Shown here: positions 1 to 12,570 of the stretch, one piece after another
Layout: each line of letters begins with the position of its first letter
Position numbering within the stretch: the stretch's first letter is position 1
NCBI GenBank assembly: GCA_002269645.1
Contig: NIVC01000414.1
Location: 372,001-436,000 of the forward strand
DNA: 64,000 nucleotides
Direction: 5' to 3'
DNA from: Macrostomum lignano
Lineage: Eukaryota
Translations under genes and position numbers: made by a program
Notes under the pieces: generated by a model
What the model was told of the DNA's origin: nothing
Seen by the model: only the letters and a program-made list of their open reading frames with translations
Databases searched by the model: none

Positions 1-3
1 ACT

Positions 4-723
4 GTGGCTGAGGCTACTGTGGCTGAAGATGAGGCCAGGCGGCAGCTGGTTGCATCGGTCCGTCCGCGGGCTTCTGTGGCTGAAGATGAGGCCAGGCAGC
101 TCATCAGCGGAGCGTCAGCATCCCGAATATCAAGGACTCAAACCAGGGACGTACCATCCGTCTCTCCCAATGAGCCGAGCGTCGCCGTCTTCGAGACGGT
201 GTCGGAGACAACGCTGAGCGACGACGAAGTCAGACGGCAGTTCATCGGAGGCGAAGCGGCGGCGGTCGAGCGGACTGCCGAGGCGGCGCCACCGTCGAAT
301 CGTCGCCGGCATCGCCGAGCTTCCGCGGACTCGAGCTACTTCTACGACCCGCACGGCTGCCTGAGCCAGGAGGCCAAGTCCCGCCGGGTCAGCCTGGCGC
401 CGCACCTGCTGCCGCTGGCCAGCTTCAGCTTCTTCTGCGACGAGCGCGGCCGCGAGTTCGACCTGTCGGCGCTCCGCCAGGTGAGCCTGCAGACCAGAGA
501 CGTTGACGAGCAGCGGCTGGCCATCGAGGCCGCCGTGGCGAAGGCATCGCGGTGGAGCCGGCGGATCCGCAACAACCCGCCGGTGCGGCTACGGCCCCCC
601 GGCAGCGTGCGGGTGTTCGGCTTTCTGCAGCACCCGGTGCGCATCATGGACCGCGTGCTCATCGGCTTCCTGGAGCCGGCGGAGCACCAAAGACTCAAGC
701 GGCTGCTCGATGACCGTGGATGA
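4..723 (+). CDS. 3' part of an unidentified protein-coding gene (5' end probably outside the window)
   Basis: 239-codon ORF with strongly GC-rich third positions, ending at TGA 721-723 and followed by an AT-rich tract. Short internal duplication (VAEDEARRQL twice). No family recognised. Confidence 0.5.
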   Translation: MAEATVAEDEARRQLVASVRPRASVAEDEARQLISGASASRISRTQTRDVPSVSPNEPSVAVFETVSETTLSDDEVRRQFIGGEAAAVERTAEAAPPSNRRRHRRASADSSYFYDPHGCLSQEAKSRRVSLAPHLLPLASFSFFCDERGREFDLSALRQVSLQTRDVDEQRLAIEAAVAKASRWSRRIRNNPPVRLRPPGSVRVFGFLQHPVRIMDRVLIGFLEPAEHQRLKRLLDDRG

Positions 724-779
724 CCACTGGATGGCAGGAACTCCTGTTAAAGGGTCGCAACGCTTTTCGGGTTGTTGGG

Positions 780-965
780 TAGCCAGCCTCCCAGATCCTC
801 AGTTGCTGGGCCAGCCTCCCAGTTGCTGGGCCAGCCTCCCAGTTGCTGGGCCAGCCTCCCAGTTGCTGGGCCAGCCTCCCAGTTGCTGGGCCAGCCTCCC
901 AGATCCTTAGTTACTGGGCCACCAGCCTTCCAGATCCTCAGTTGCTGGGCCACCAGCCTCCCAGG
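780..965. repeat. 20-bp minisatellite (AGTTGCTGGGCCAGCCTCCC)
   Basis: Direct tandem periodicity of 20 nt, with degenerate copies at both ends. Confidence 0.9.
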
Positions 966-1750
966 TACCCAGTTGCAATTTCAATAATTTGTGCCCAATC
1001 AGCCACTACAGACTCGCCCACATGAACTGCATCGGCATGTCCTGAAGGTGCACTGCATCATTGTTACTCATGTTTTTAGCAATTCCATTTTCTTACACAG
1101 CTTTTTAATCTGAAATTTGCTCTGCTGGGCTGTCTGCCACTCTGTTAAATCGCGCAAATTAATTTTAAACTTTTATTGCAGAATATTTTATAACTTTTAC
1201 ATACTTTTACAATAAATTGACGTGCAGCAGGGTCATTGGGTCATGTTTCTATTGTGAAAGCATTTTTGTTAACTAAAAATTCTGGATATTTGTGCTGCTT
1301 TAAAATCAACCCAGTTTCATCCTCTACATTTTTTGTAGAAACAAGTTTTCCGTTTATACTACTGCCAACATTTTTAGTAGTAGTATAAATAGCATTAGTT
1401 TAAATTTGAATCATATTAATCTAATAATATTGCACATATTCGCGTCATAAAGTACCTTGTTATTGTTATTGCTGGGCCATGTTGTCATATTGTTATCTGC
1501 ATTGTTTTTAGATGCATTTTTAATGTATAATACGCTCGTAAATCATTGCTATTTGTTTATATTGTCGCTAGTTAAATATTTATTAGTGTGTCTCACAGCA
1601 GCTCAATGTTCAACTCCAGCTGCTGCACATGTACATTTCCATTTGTATAAATATCTGATATGAACATCCATTGTGTTTATTAGTGCTCACTTATTTATTC
1701 ATAATCCTGAGCTGTCTTCTCATGGCTTTTCTCACCACTCTCACTCACCT

Positions 1751-1850
1751 TCACCCATCTCCCTCTCACCCATCTCCCTGTCACCCATCTCCCTCTCACC
1801 CATCTCCCTGTCACCCATCTCCCTCTCACCCATCTCCCTGTCACCATCCC
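1751..1850. repeat. 15-bp minisatellite (TCACCCATCTCCCTS)
   Basis: 15-nt period with alternating C/G variants. Confidence 0.9.
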
Positions 1851-2597
1851 CCTCTCCATCTCCTTCCCCTGCAGCAGGCTGGCAGCCGCAAGTCTCTGAG
1901 AATTTCTCACTCAGCTCAGTTTCTGGCATGGCCCCCTCATTCCGAGTTTCTTTGCGCTCCGCTCGCCCCACCTGTTTCTTTAATTAGCAACAGTCTCTCA
2001 GCAGCTGCGTCAGCAAATTCACAGCCTCTCTCTGCCTTTCCCAGCCTCCATTCGCTCTTCATCATCTGTCAGAGCTCAGAATGAGCAGCAGCAGCTCAAA
2101 CTGATGCAGCAGAGATGCTGAGCTCATTCGGCAAGGAGAGGCAGAGGCGCAAAGCTGGTGAGATTTGCGCAGAGGTTTTGGACAATGGGGCAGAACTGAT
2201 GAGGCACCGCTGTATGCAGCTGGGCTGCTGTGTGCGGCCTCTGCATCTCCTTCTGTCTCTCCTTCCTCTGTGCGGCGTCCAGCCATGAGTTAAGGGCTTG
2301 GGTTGGGGCTGTGTGCTGTACTTGCGCTCACACAGGAGCGGAAAAAACAGCGGCCTCTACTCGCCCCGACCCCAGCTGTCCAAGCAGCTCCAGACCAGCC
2401 GAGCTCAATGCCCAGAGGACAATGGCGAAGCTGAGGCTTGAGGGCCGAGCCAGCAGCCTGCGAACGCGTGACAAAAGAAGACTCGCAGCGAATGCTTTGG
2501 GGGGGGGGGTTGATGGCTGCCTCACAGCGGCACAGAGACAAACTGCTTGAGCGCCAACCCTGCCCAGCTCAAAGCATTCACTGCTATGCATTGCGCC

Positions 2598-3045
2598 TTT
2601 CATCAGATCCCAGCTCACCTTCTCTATTCTCCATCAGATCCCAGCTCAGCTTCTCTATTCTCCATCAGATCCCAGCTCAGCTTCTCTATTCTCCATCAGA
2701 TCCCAGCTCAGCTTCTCTATTCTCCATCAGATCCCAGCTCAGCTTCTCTATTCTCCATCAGATCCCAGCTCAGCTTCTCTATTCTCCATCAGATCCCAGC
2801 TCAGCTTCTCTATTCTCCATCAGATCCCAGCTCAGGTTCTCTATTCTCCATCAGATCCCAGCTCAGCTTCTCTATTCTCCATCAGATCCCAGCTCAGCTT
2901 TCCAATTCTCCATCAGATCACAGCTCAGCTTCCCTATTCTCCATCAGATCACAGCTCAGCTTCTCTATTCTCCATCAGATCCCAGCTCAGCTTCACTATT
3001 CTCCATCAGATCCCAGCTCAGCTTCTCTATTCTCCATCAGAACCC
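2598..3045. repeat. 31-bp minisatellite (CCATCAGATCCCAGCTCAGCTTCTCTATTCT), about 14 copies
   Basis: Tandem periodicity of 31 nt; translated ORFs repeat every 31 aa by cycling through frames. Confidence 0.92.
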
Positions 3046-4005
3046 AGACCATCTACCCCATCCCCCATCAGTTCCTGGCTCAGACACCGCAAATTCGGTC
3101 CAGTAAACATGTGTTCTCCAGTCTCTGAAAATCTAAGACGAAAAACAAAAAAATTGCAGCCGGCTGCCAGCCCAGAATCCTCCCGTCATCTCTTAGCACA
3201 GAGACGGAGGTGCAGTGAGAGGGCAGGCAGGGTGCTAAAACAGAATAAAAAGGCTCCATTGTGCAAGGACTGGGGCTGCAACTCAATCGGGAGCTGCCTC
3301 TACTCTTTTTGCAGCTGCTGTTTCAGCGTCTCACTCTCTCCCACTCCCGCAATTTCATTTAACTTTTTATCAGCTGTTGAGTTAAGCAAACACGACAGCC
3401 ACTCAGTGCTGAGGGTTGGGCAGTTTTGGTATGCTAGAGAGTCACACACGAGTATATTTGAGTAATTCGTCACAAAAGCTCACAGAATAGCGACAGCAGC
3501 TGATGGGAAATATTCGAATAGCAAAGAACTTGAGTACAAATTGGCATTTGAGCAGCTTGAGGGAAGGCAGAGAGTAAAGGAGCGATGGGGAAGAGAAAAC
3601 GCCTGCGGTGCAGACAAACAAGTTGGCGCTTGAAATGAGAAAAGGTTATGGGTGCATCTGGCACTCAGTCACAGGGTATTGAAGCAGTCACAGCCTGCGT
3701 CTGCGGGATATTCATGAAACAGTTCTGGGATAAATATTGTGAAAATAGGGAGAACTCCGACAATGATTAGAAAGTTGAGTAAATTTCGATTGAAATATGA
3801 GCATCTTGAATCAACAGTTTTTTGTTTTCATACATTGGCCAATTTTATTCAAACTGTCTGAAATTTCCTGTCTGCTAGAGAATCCTTGGCATTAAAAATT
3901 ACAACGCAATTGTTTTAACGTCCATTAAATACTCGTACTGTAATCGGTAATCGGATTTAGCAAATAAAGTAGACAGTCACAGAATTACCATACTAGCTCG
4001 TACAT

Positions 4006-4006
4006 C

Positions 4007-4038
<32 letters not shown>

Positions 4039-4040
4039 GC
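4006..4040. repeat. (GTCT)n microsatellite just past the caspase stop codon
   Basis: Direct reading. Confidence 0.9.
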
Positions 4041-4045
4041 CAGCC

Positions 4046-4514
4046 TCAGCTCTGACCAGTTGGGGCCTTTTGCAGCCTCCTCCAGCACCGCTTGGCCAGG
4101 CTCGGGTCCAGAGAGATTTTGTAGCCGAGCTGAGCAACTGTCTGAGCTACACAGAGGTAGGTGGTTTTTTCCACTTTGTTCTCCACCGGGTTCTGCATCA
4201 TGTCGCGGTTCACTCGGGTCATGATGTTCAGCAGGTCGTCCTCCGCATAGTGCCGCTCGATCATCCGGCACAGGGTTTGCACGAACTTGGAGCCGGTCTC
4301 AGAAAACCTGTAGGAGTACTGGTTCTCTGTGGTGGCGTAGCACAGCAGGAAGTCGGCCTTGGCAGGGGGGGGAGAAGGCCGGCACGGGCTCCGGGACTTG
4401 CGGCTCGTTGGACTTCGAACTGCTGTCGTCTAGGGGTGCATCGTGATGCTGACCGCGGCAGGCCTGGATGAAGAATATCTTCGGCTTGCCGGCCAGGCTG
4501 CGGCAGCAGCTCGA
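4046..4514 (-). CDS. Caspase exon 2: catalytic Cys motif, inter-subunit linker and p10
   Basis: After acceptor CTCCAG (4515-4516) it reads SSCCRSLAGKPKIFFIQACRG. After a 1-nt shift in the G8 run it reads ADFLLCYATTENQYSYRFSETGSKFVQTLC, matching the caspase p10 motifs ADFL..Y.T and S.R...GS.F. Confidence 0.9.
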
Positions 4515-7500
4515 CTGGAGGGGAGAGTGGCGCTGAGAGTGGCGCTGAGAGTGGCGCTGAGAGTGGCGCTGGGAGTGGCGCTGAGAGTGGCGCTGGGAGT
4601 GGCGCTGGGAGTGGCGCTGAGAGTGGCGCTGAGAGTGGCGCTGAGAGTGGCGCTGGGAGTGGCGCTGGGAGTGGCGCTGAGAGTGGCGCTGAGAGTGGCG
4701 GAAAAAGTATTAACAGCTTCTGTTCCCACCTGAAATATTTTGGTGACATCAGGAATTCTGCACGGCCTTCCGTCCGAGCCGAACACGCAGTCCGGGCTGC
4801 CGTGAGCCATGAGGAAGCAGACAAAGCAGCCGTGCCGCTCCAGCTGGTCTGAGCAGCGCTGGAGCTGCATCAGGCATTGGAGAATTTCATTGGCTGTGAG
4901 GTCCTCCTCCAACTGCACGGTGAATCGCAGCTTTTGAAAGACTTCATTCACTCGCTGCACATCCAGCTGTGAGCCGTCGCGATCCTCATGAGTACTTGTG
5001 TACTTGTTGATGTTGATGATGAGGCAGAAGCCCTGCGGGTCCGTCACTGGGTAGAAAACTTCATCAAATCTGAAATGTCGCCAGAGTTTTTGCTGTGTTG
5101 CAGCTGTGTGTGCTGTAGCTGTGTGCTGTAGCTGTGTGTGCTGTAGCTGTGTGCTGTAGCTGTGTGCTGTAGCTGTGTGTGCTGTAGCTGTGTGCTGTAG
5201 CTGTGTGCTGTAGCTGTGTGTGCTGTAGCTGTGTGCTGTAGCTGTGTGCTGTAGCTGTGTGCTGTAGCTGTGTGTGCTGTAGCTGTTTGCTGAAGGAACT
5301 CACGGCGGTGCCAGAGGCTCGTCGAAGTAAATCTTGCCGTCGTACCTTAATAGACAATGCGGAGTCTGAAGTCAGGGGAACTCAGGTGAGAGACGATGTT
5401 CTGTGCTTTATTTCTTCTTTTTGCTTATATCAACTATGAAAAAATCGTAATTATTTTCTTTTATCTTACAGACAATTATCAGAAAATTGCATACGTTAAA
5501 ACTCAACTGCAATGTGCACAGCAAAATGCTTACTGGTGTCTCACAGCTCGCAGGCAGCTGAACATTAATATTCAACTGGCAATCTGCAGTCAAACTGCAC
5601 TGCAAACTCCCTCAATGCAGCTCAGTCAGTGTCTGCTGCCCATTTAAACTACAAAAATGTAAAAATGCCCAGTCAGAGCAACTGCAGTCAGCTGTTCAAT
5701 ATTCAATCATAAATTACAGAATAATGTTTATCGATGATAAATCAAAGTCAGAGAGACATTCTCAGTCGCCATGGAAACTCACCCACGCAGCAGCTCAGCC
5801 AGTTCGCTCCTTCTCTTCTCTGTGGCCAAATCCAGCGCTGTCCTGCCGTCTCTGTCCTTCAGGCTCCAATCCGCTTCTGAGTCCAGCAGAACCCGACCGA
5901 CTGCGGCGGCGGTGGCGGGGGGCGCAAAGGCTGCCCACATGAGGGGCGTCCAATCCTTTTGACTCTTGGTATTGGCGGAGGCTGCGGCAGCCGGCACAGC
6001 GGAGGCTCCGGCAGAATTGCTAGCATTGGCTGCACTGTGCAGTGAATGCATTCGGATACTCGTACAACGAACGCTCGGACATCAAAGGTCATTAATGCGC
6101 TAAGACAGCGATTTTGTGAAAAATCAGCACAAGAGATTCTTTGGTCCTACGGAGGACCTCAATTTAGCTAGGATTTGTTCACTGCTTTCTTGTGAAGATG
6201 GAAAGTGGAGCACAGAGTATCGTCTCCGACTTACAGAGCAATAGCAGAGCCAACAAGTCGGCAGTGAAGGAAATGAAAAAGCTTCTGCGAGGTTCATGGA
6301 ATCCGCAGTCAGAGAAGATCGACTGGGACAAGTTTTGCCAAGGAATATTGATATTTTGCTACACGCCAAGGTGGCTCGCCATGATGGCAAGTCGCCGGCG
6401 CAAATCCTGTTTGGCCACCCAGTCCGAGTTTTGCCAGCTCATAGACGATTTTTTGCAAAGGAATTGCAGAAAACAGCTGATCAAATTGAAGCCAAAGCAA
6501 CTAGTATGAGGGATAAAATTGTCCAACATTACAACAAGACAGCTTGTTGTAATTGAATTTCAAGTTTGCGCTTGCGCGTCACTCTGAGACAATTTTGGCC
6601 ACAGACAGTCTGAATTGAATTTTTTCTGTTTCAATAGAAAGGGACTTTGAATTTAATTTCCGCAAGCCCTAATATGCTTGTTTTTTTAAACAAGAAGGTA
6701 AAATGGTGTAGAAGATATAAATAATATATAAGAGCGAAGAGCCCGGCTAGAAAAGGGAATCAGATCCATCAACCATATTTGTGTCTCATTGAATATACAA
6801 CAGCCATGGAAACTCACCTACGCAGCAGCTCAGCGGCTTCGATATTTCCGTTCTCCACGGCCAAATCCAGCGGAGTCTTGCCGTCGTTGTTCTTAATGCT
6901 CCAATCCGCCCCTGCGTCCAGCAGAAGCCGAACGACTGCGGCGGCGGTGGCGGTGGGGGGCGCAAATTCGGCTGCCTCCATGAGGGACGTGTCTCCTAGC
7001 CCCGTGGCATTGGCGGAGGCTCCGGCACTCAGCAGAGCGGAGGCTGCGGCAGAATTGCCAGCCCGTGCTGCATGGTGCAGACAACTGCCAGCATATTTAT
7101 CTGCACAGGTGGGGTCACCCAGATGCACCAGCTGCTTCCACAGAGCCTCATCACCACACGATCTGCTGTGAGCTGCCCACATCAGCGAGGTGCGACCCCA
7201 TTTGTCAGGCAGGTCGCAGCTGTCGCGGGTCGCCGCTCGCCGCAGCCCCGCCGAGTCGCCCGCCTCGGCCAGCCGCTGCAGTTTCTGTCGATCCGCCTCC
7301 TCCTGCAAAGGGGAGCGGGAAAGTTGAGCACAGCTGCTCAGCTGCAGCCGCATCGGCACCGCAGATGCCGCTCACCTGGGCTGTAAGACCGGAGATCTTG
7401 CCATATGCATCCACAACCAGCCGCATCTCCCTGCAACAGCAAAAATGAGCAGCGAATTTTGCAATTTTCTCAAATCCAATTCAAATGCGATCGCCAAAAT

Positions 7501-8909
7501 ATATGTTTTTGTTTTACAATAAAATTTTAATAATAGACTAAATAATCAGAAATTCCTAATTATCTGAGCTGCTCGCAGATGGAGTTTCCAAGAGGACTGC
7601 AGCAGCACTGCAACAATCAGCATTGGCGAGAGCGCATCCGACTTCTCACACGCAGCTCATTTTCCATTTCTGCAGCATGAGTTTCCTTCCATCTCACAAT
7701 GTCTCACAAAGCACTCACGCACAGCCTCCCAGTTCTCCATCTGCAGCTCAACCCACACACTCTCACTGCACACCGAGGCCCTACAGCTTCCATTCTCGAC
7801 TGAGATCGACCGGCACCCCATTGGCTGTGAGGCAGCCAGCCAATCACAGCTCTCGCCCATCAAGCAGTCAGACAGAGACAAGCTCAGCTGACTGGCTCTG
7901 ATTGGCTGGCCTGAGACTGCAGCTCTGGCCACCCCAGCCGAATGCTGCAAAACTTGATGGACACAGCAGCGAACTGCTCACTCACCGCTCGATGTAGCTG
8001 GCCAGCTCTGAGTGGCCGCTGAGCCTCGCCAGGTCCGACGCTGTCCGACTCTCGCGATTCTTCAGTCCGAGCAGCTCCGACCTCTTCGAGTTTCCGTGCT
8101 CAGAGCACTCATTGAACCTTATCTGCCTGAGCAGGTGCAGCAGGTGCTTAGCGCATTTCCAGCTTCCAGTCCGCGCCGCCTCCATCAGCGGAGTGGCGCC
8201 GTTTTTGTTCCGCAGCCACTTCGCATCGAACGACAGCAGCGTCAGCAGCCGCAGGTGGTCCCGCCGGGCTGCCAGGTGCGCAGCCGTGTCGCCGTTCGCG
8301 TCAGCCGCCTTGGGGTTCGCGCCCAGCTCAAATAAGTACAAGATGCACTTTTCAGTGTGCACGGGAGTCTCAGGAGCGCCGAACACCCGCATGAGGACGT
8401 TCCGACGAGCTGCATTAGCGCAAGTAACCAGCTGGCGCGTTGCCAGCTGCGGCACCTGGCCGAAGTCACCTCGGATGACGAGCTGGGCGAGAATCGTTAT
8501 GTCCAATTGCTAATAGGACAAATAACGAAAATGGAACTCAAGTTTCATTGCGGAAAATTGCGCGTTTGATAAATAGTAAAATTAAGAATGTGAGCGCTAT
8601 CGTTTTTTGATATGCGACATGTTTCGGTTCGCGTCAGGCATCGTCAGGGTCTTAAAATTAGCAACGATTTATTTCTGTATTTATTAACCGTATATATATA
8701 AATTTAGACGTGAAACGGGGTCGATAAAAATCAGAAATGTAAATTAAATATACAGTAGATTGCAAGGTCTAGCTTAGTAAATTTTTCGCAAATAATTTTC
8801 CACCATTCATAAGAGCTCAAACGAGTACAAACTAAAAGTGCTTAAGTCCCTGTATATAAAATTGCGTTAATCAATACTAAATAAACAACTTGTCAATAAT
8901 GGTGCCGGT

Positions 8910-8962
<53 letters not shown>

Positions 8963-11900
8963 GCCAATCGGGTGCACCAGAACCTTCGGCTAAAAGCTAA
9001 GTCAGCGACTGCGCCTTGCTTAGTTCTCGATCTACGAGTATTTAATGGCAGTTTTCTGACCATGTCAGGCGACTGTCAGGCCAACTTTTATCATTGAATT
9101 CCCCCGCAACACCACAAACGTGGCCGCCAGTTCAACTTGACCTTCCGCTGGACTCACGAAGATCCCAACAGCGGTGCCACCGGGGCTTTCTTGGCCCCAT
9201 CTGCACCTAGTGCCACCAAGACTGCCATTCCCAGCACCGTAATCTCTCTGGCTACAAGCCTGGCACCAGTCGATCTCGACGAGAGCGCCCAATCTGCCAA
9301 ACATCGTAGGATCTCAGAGGTCGTCTGCTCTAACGTGGAGGACATCACCACGACAGCCAGCACGATCGCAGCAACAAACAATGAATCCACGGCTAGCATG
9401 AGCACGGAGACCAACGCCGACTCGGTAGCGGACGGCGCTATTGGGGACGTGGCAGCGAGCGCCGATGCGACGATCAGCAACGACCCGCCAGCGGTTGCGG
9501 TTGGGGCTCCGGTAGGCAGTCCGGCGGCCGGTGGGACCACCGAAGTCGCCTCACCCGACAACGGCTGTACGTCGGCGGCTGACGACCTTTTTGTGACCCC
9601 GCCTCTTCCACGGGTGGGACTGCCTGCTTCACCTGCTGAACGTCGCTTACCATCGCCGGACTCTGAGGACTCCCCTGGTGGTCCGGAACGCCACAGGCCG
9701 CATCTGAATGACTCACCTTTGAGCAGCCCGGTACGCTCATCATCAGCAGGGACTTCCGGAACCTGGTCCTCTGCCCAAAGCCTTTCGAGGGCCTCAAACT
9801 GCTGGCAATCACAGAGGTGCATGAGTACTAAATGTCAGCCTTACCATCACTACGAAGGTCGGCCGCCCTGCGGAACCGGCAATGCGCTCAGTCAACGGTG
9901 CTGGTCCTGGCGGACGAGCTGCTCAGCACAGACCACTGGCGAGAGTCGCTCTCTGAGGCCATCGATCTACTGAGAGATCCTTCTTGTTCCGCCCTTTGCC
10001 AGCGGTGAAGGATTGACTCAAATTCTGAGTAAGAAACTCTCACCTATTAGAGAAATGAAGGCCAACACCAACATATAATAAATTATTTTAATAGCCAACG
10101 CGTTTCGACACAAGCGGTCGTCTTCAGGGCTTGCACTCATGATTCACATACAGTTCAGTATACTTAAATAGAGAAAATCAAGATCTGTACATGGCAATAG
10201 ACAAATGGGTTCAGTCCGGTCGATAATTGTACATTACGAGACGAAACTATAATAAATTATTTGGCCATCACACAGAAAACACCTCTCGCCAATAGCAGCC
10301 CGCCCCCCTTCATGGGGAAATCAGTAAAGGAGGTTCCCTCAAAACGTAGAAGGGATGAGTGCAACTTGTTTGTGCTTGAGAACCAAAAACTGGTAGAGAA
10401 TTTGACAACGGTACAGATCAAAGGCAACCTAGAGGTGCCAGAGACCAAAGCGATTCAGGGGCTCAAGCGAAACAGCTCCGTCCTTATAAAAAGCCGGACA
10501 AAGGCAACGCAGTGGTCATCATGCACCCTAATGATTACGAATTTGCAGCCTACAACCAATTGCTTGACACTAATGCCTATCAACAGCTGGACCAGCCACT
10601 GCAACCCGAGACTGTGGAACTTATTAGGGGGATCTTCCTCGATTTATGTAACAGAAAGTTCATATCTAAGAAACAGTTTTCTTTTCTTTGTCCCGGAGAG
10701 AACTTCCGTCCCCGGCATTTCTACCTGCTCCCAAAAATTCACAAGGACCCGGCCACCTGGCTGATCCCCTTTCGGGTCCCAGCAGGCAGACCTATTGTTA
10801 GCGGATGCAGTTCTGAAGCAATTGGGGCAGAAAAGTACATAGACTTCTTTCTAAAACCGATTGCCCAAGCGCAACCCACTTTCATTAAGGACTCCTATGA
10901 CTTCAAGGCACACCTTATGGATAAAAGCTGCAAGGAAGGTTCGACTCTGGCAACTTGTGATGTCCAGAGTCTGTACTCCATAATCCCAATAGATCAGGGC
11001 ATTGCAGCGATCCAGGAATTCTTTAACCGATACCCGGATCCCATTAGACCGGATGCTGAAATAATAAAGCTACTGGAATTGTGTTTGTACAGGAATGACT
11101 TCGAATTTGACAAAATGATTTTCCTACAACTTAGAGGTACAGCCATGGGGCGCATATTTGCGCCCAGCTATGCCTGCCTCTTCATGAGCCTCTGGGAGGA
11201 AACTGCCCTGAGAACTGCTCTTTATAAGCCCAACATCTATTTTAGGTACATAGATGATATCTTCATTCACTGGGACCACCCGGCTGAAGCTCTGACAGAA
11301 TTTGTTGTACACCTAAATTCAATCAACCCCAACATCAAACTCACCGTCAGCTCCTCATCAACTGAGGTCAGTTTTCTTGACATGACCATCAAGAAAGCTG
11401 AAAACCGCTTCACAACACAACTGTTTTCAAAAGAAACAGACACTCATAGATTGTTGCACCGACAGTCCTTCCATCCGTCACACACCTTCAAGGGGGTAGT
11501 AAAATCCCAAATCCTTCGGTACGCTCGAATCTGTGATGACTACAAGTCTTTCAACGATGCTTTCAATTCTTTAAAATCGGAACTCAAGCAATTAGGCTAC
11601 TCGAAGATTTTTCTTAGAAACTGCAAAAAGGAGGTCCTCAAACTTATGAACTGGACTGCAGGACCAACGACCAATCTGTGTTTGCTTCCCAAAGGGTTCC
11701 ATCCCTGTGGGTCATCCCGCTGCAAATGCTGCACCCACTCACCGCCTGCTCTCTCCGCCCAGGGGCTGAAACCGGCTTCCGATGTTTTAGTCTCTCAGAG
11801 CCTGTCCTGTGGCTCCAAGAACATCATCTATGGCATCTCCTGTAACCAGTGCCACCCTGGGAAAATCTTCTATGTAGGTATGACTAGAAGAACAATGAGA

Positions 11901-12435
11901 GATAGAATGAACCAGCACAGGTCAAATATTAACAGGAGAATCGTTACTTCGGGGTTAGAGCACTTTCTCACTCCCAATCACTCGATTGCAAACTTTTTCT
12001 CCATTGCTATCGAACAAGTTCTTAATAGCAACAAAATCGAACTAAGGGAATAAATCTGGATTAAAAACTGGGGACTGACAAACCGCCGAATGCGAGCATC
12101 AGGGTCGACAATCACCTTCTCCGACCCATCCCATTGGTCCTTCCTTTTCACCCATCTACGGTCTGGCTTTCCAACGAGATAGCTAAAAACTTTGATAAGC
12201 TACAAAATAAACCATGCTCCCGCTAGACGAAACAGGCAGTACATCCCTCATATGTACTCGTACAAGTACTCATCAATTTTATCAGACTCAGAAAAATTAC
12301 TTAAAAGACCTATTTGCATTGCATTACGGCCTGACGAAGAGCCCAGAGGCTCGAAACCGGTAGCCCATATTCAATATTTTCAACACGCCGTTACCTCTCT
12401 TCTCTCTCTACCTCTCTCTCTCTAATCTCTCTCCA

Positions 12436-12492
<57 letters not shown>

Positions 12493-12505
12493 CCATCTCT
12501 CTCTT

Positions 12506-12570
<65 letters not shown>

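Larger units (their letters stand above)
8962..12393 (+). mobile_element. Penelope-like retroelement (Neptune-type), RT plus GIY-YIG endonuclease, slightly disrupted
   Basis: ORF 10512-12053 has PLE RT motifs (FYLLPKIHK, GRPIVS, TCDVQSLY, GTAMG, YFRYIDDIF, FLDM, HP....GVVKSQ..R), a Cys-rich linker (HPCGSSRCKCC) and IIYGISC..C....YVG.T. There is a 1-nt shift in the A-run near 10490 and a premature TAA at 12051. Confidence 0.92.

Noticed and set aside
1900-2560. Short GC-rich ORFs that might be exons
   Set aside because: No recognisable domain and no consistent splice-phase chain.
7657-7950. 97-aa ORF (MQHSAGVAR...) conserved in three ANK copies
   Set aside because: It starts at TTG, lies in the intron after exon A and is interrupted in copy 4. 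Conservation is explained by recent duplication.
4046-8509. Bacterial endosymbiont origin of the ankyrin genes
   Set aside because: The genes have canonical spliceosomal introns, a metazoan-type caspase and a eukaryotic GINS3 neighbour.
8612-8660. Third hammerhead-like motif on the minus strand (CTGACGA...GAAACATGTC)
   Set aside because: Stem II cannot form, and stem I pairs only with an alternative box in which A9 is mutated. At best a decayed copy.
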